64,000 nt of DNA from Burkholderiales bacterium (lineage in GTDB: Bacteria > Pseudomonadota > Gammaproteobacteria > Burkholderiales > JAEUOS01), in contig CANJDH010000007.1 of the NCBI GenBank assembly GCA_947473125.1, positions 15,598-79,597 of the forward strand, read 5' to 3'. Position 1 is the first letter of the stretch. Each line of letters opens with the position of its first letter. Below are positions 62,043 through 64,000 of the stretch, in pieces. Under the pieces are notes generated by a model. That model saw only the letters and a program-made list of their open reading frames with translations, was not told the DNA's origin and made no database searches. The position numbers and the translations under genes are program-made.

Positions 62043-63170
62043 CTAAATCTCTTCGACGGCGAACAGGCGGCGATGCTCACGCATCGCGTAACGGTCGGTC
62101 ATGCCCGAAATGTAGTCTGCCACCGCGCGCGCGCGGTCGGCTTCTGCCTTGGCCTGGTATTGCGGCGGCATCAGGCGCGCATCCGCGATAAATGCCTGAA
62201 ACAGTTCGCGCACGATGCGGCGCCCCTTGGTGCTCATGCGCTGGACCCGGTAGTGCTGGTACAAGGCATCGCGCAAAAAACGTTTGAGCGCCAGCGATTC
62301 GGCTTCTATTTCCGGGCTGAAGGCGATCATGGCGGGCAGGCGCCGCACCGCATCCGGTGAAGCCGGAGCGTGCCGATCGATGTTCGCCTGACTCGCGCCC
62401 ACCAGGTCAAGCACCAGGGTGTTGATCATGCGCCGCACCGTTTCGTTTATGCGGCGCCGCTCCGATGCGGCCGGGTACAGGGCCTGCGCAATGTCCCAGT
62501 GGCGCCTGAACAGGGGCACCTCGAGCAATTGCTCCGGCAGAATCAGCCCGGACCGCAGGCCATCATCCACATCATGGTTGTTGTAGGCGATCTCATCGGC
62601 AAAATTGGCCAGTTGCGCCTCGAGGGAAGGCTGTGTTCCGTCGAGGAAGCGCTCGCCGACATCCCCCAAGCCGGCGGCCACGTCCGTTGCACAATGCTTG
62701 AGGATCCCTTCCCGCGTCTCAAAAGTGAGGTTGAGGCCATCGAACGCCCCATAACGCTCCTCAAGCAGATCGACCACGCGCAGCGACTGAAGGTTGTGTT
62801 CGAACCCGCCAAAGCTGCGCATGCAGTCGTTGAGCGCGTCCTGTCCGGCGTGGCCGAACGGGGTGTGGCCCAGATCGTGGGCCAGGGAAATCGCCTCAAC
62901 CAGCTCTTCGTGAAGGCGCAATTGCCGCGCAATCGAACGCGCCAGTTGCGCCACCTCGATCGAATGCGTCAGCCGCGTACGAAACAGGTCGCCTTCGTGA
63001 TTGACGAATACTTGCGTCTTGTACTCCAGACGGCGAAATGCATTGGCGTGGACGATACGATCGCGGTCGCGCCCGTACTCCGAACGGCCGGTGGCCGGCT
63101 CCTCCGGCAACCGGCGACCACGGGATCGCTGCGGGTCGGCGGCATACAGGGCGAGTTGGATGCCGTTCAC
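62043..63170 (-). CDS. dgt: Deoxyguanosinetriphosphate triphosphohydrolase (HD-domain dGTPase)
   Basis: [46 protein letters not shown]. Confidence 0.95.
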   Translation of the reverse strand: MNGIQLALYAADPQRSRGRRLPEEPATGRSEYGRDRDRIVHANAFRRLEYKTQVFVNHEGDLFRTRLTHSIEVAQLARSIARQLRLHEELVEAISLAHDLGHTPFGHAGQDALNDCMRSFGGFEHNLQSLRVVDLLEERYGAFDGLNLTFETREGILKHCATDVAAGLGDVGERFLDGTQPSLEAQLANFADEIAYNNHDVDDGLRSGLILPEQLLEVPLFRRHWDIAQALYPAASERRRINETVRRMINTLVLDLVGASQANIDRHAPASPDAVRRLPAMIAFSPEIEAESLALKRFLRDALYQHYRVQRMSTKGRRIVRELFQAFIADARLMPPQYQAKAEADRARAVADYISGMTDRYAMREHRRLFAVEEI

Positions 63171-64000
63171 GACGAGGTCTGCTCCATGTGCGCTTCGAGT
63201 ACCGAAACCACTTGTTGGTCCGGCACCGCCGTGACGAAGGCCTCCCCGAGCGCCTTGAGCAACACATAACGTATCGCGCCGGCCTGCGCTTTCTTGTCAA
63301 CGCGCATCAACTCCAGGTAACGGTCTGCGCCCAGAGCCGGTGCTCTGACCGGCAGTCCGGCACGCTTTACCAGTGTGGCAACGCGTGCCGCATCGGCCTC
63401 GCTGATATGACCCAGGGAGGCCGACAGACCGGCTGCGATCACCATCCCGGTTGCAACGGCCTCGCCATGCAACCACGTCCCGTAACCCATTCCGGCCTCG
63501 ATCGCATGGCCAAACGTGTGCCCCAGGTTCAGCCAGGCTCGAATGCCGGTTTCGCGTTCATCCTGCGCGACAATTTCGGCCTTGATTTCGCAAGATCGCC
63601 GGATTGCATGCTCCAGGACCTGCAGGTCACGCCCCAGCAAGTGGTCGAGATTGTCTTCAAGCCAAGCCAGAAATGCGGCGTCGTAGATGAATCCGTACTT
63701 GATCACTTCGGCCATGCCGGAACGCAATTCACGCTCCGGCAAGGATCCCAACACCGCAGCGTCAATCACGACCATGCGCGGCTGGTAGAACGCACCGATC
63801 ATGTTTTTACCGAGTGGGTGATTGATCGCCGTCTTGCCCCCAACGGACGAATCGACCTGCGCCAGCAAGGTCGTGGGGATCTGGACAAACGGTACACCAC
63901 GCTGGTAGGTGGCGGCGGCAAACCCGGTCATGTCGCCAATCACGCCGCCGCCGAGTGCAATCAGCGTAGTCTTGCGGTCGCAATGTGCCGTCAGCAACGC
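63167..64000 (-). CDS. aroB: 3-dehydroquinate synthase (5' part lies outside the window)
   Basis: [47 protein letters not shown]. Confidence 0.97.
   Translation of the reverse strand, partial: ALLTAHCDRKTTLIALGGGVIGDMTGFAAATYQRGVPFVQIPTTLLAQVDSSVGGKTAINHPLGKNMIGAFYQPRMVVIDAAVLGSLPERELRSGMAEVIKYGFIYDAAFLAWLEDNLDHLLGRDLQVLEHAIRRSCEIKAEIVAQDERETGIRAWLNLGHTFGHAIEAGMGYGTWLHGEAVATGMVIAAGLSASLGHISEADAARVATLVKRAGLPVRAPALGADRYLELMRVDKKAQAGAIRYVLLKALGEAFVTAVPDQQVVSVLEAHMEQTSS

Noticed and set aside
62043-63170. dGTPase as an anti-phage nucleotide-depletion system
   Set aside because: It is coupled to aroB in the usual housekeeping aroB-dgt arrangement; no defence-island context.

Overview
GC-rich betaproteobacterial chromosomal segment (Rhodocyclales/Burkholderiales-like gene content; exact taxon not determinable). 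No rRNA, tRNA, CRISPR array, transposase or integrase was recognised. In order: an RND efflux operon with TetR; a lipid/acyl-CoA catabolic run (carboxyltransferase, SDR, desaturase, FadB-like, Bug) interrupted by a self-contained AbrB-PIN toxin-antitoxin pair; a Liv-type ABC transporter with no binding protein; a GntR-linked fatty-acid-hydroxylase/TRAP/PhyH operon; a liuB-C-D-E operon with a LiuR-type operator and an inserted secreted protein; tandem dsbA, a SPOR protein and argS; a divergent metal (probably copper) uptake locus with two DUF2946/CruR-like leader ORFs, PCuAC, TonB, TBDR and ExbBD; hslUV with an upstream double-STAS protein; a TctDE-like two-component system; groESL with CIRCE and a sigma32-type promoter; dacB, dinB, DUF1415, dgt and partial aroB. 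Best candidates for new biology: (1) a Lon-type AAA+ ATPase lacking a protease domain, apparently co-transcribed with a signal-less trypsin-fold serine protease next to groESL; (2) back-to-back, apparently leaderless DUF2946 arrest-peptide ORFs (RAPP and a variant TGPP) heading two copper-related units; (3) the GntR-hydroxylase-TRAP-PhyH module with a visible shared operator. All family assignments come from motif recognition by eye; no database search was run.
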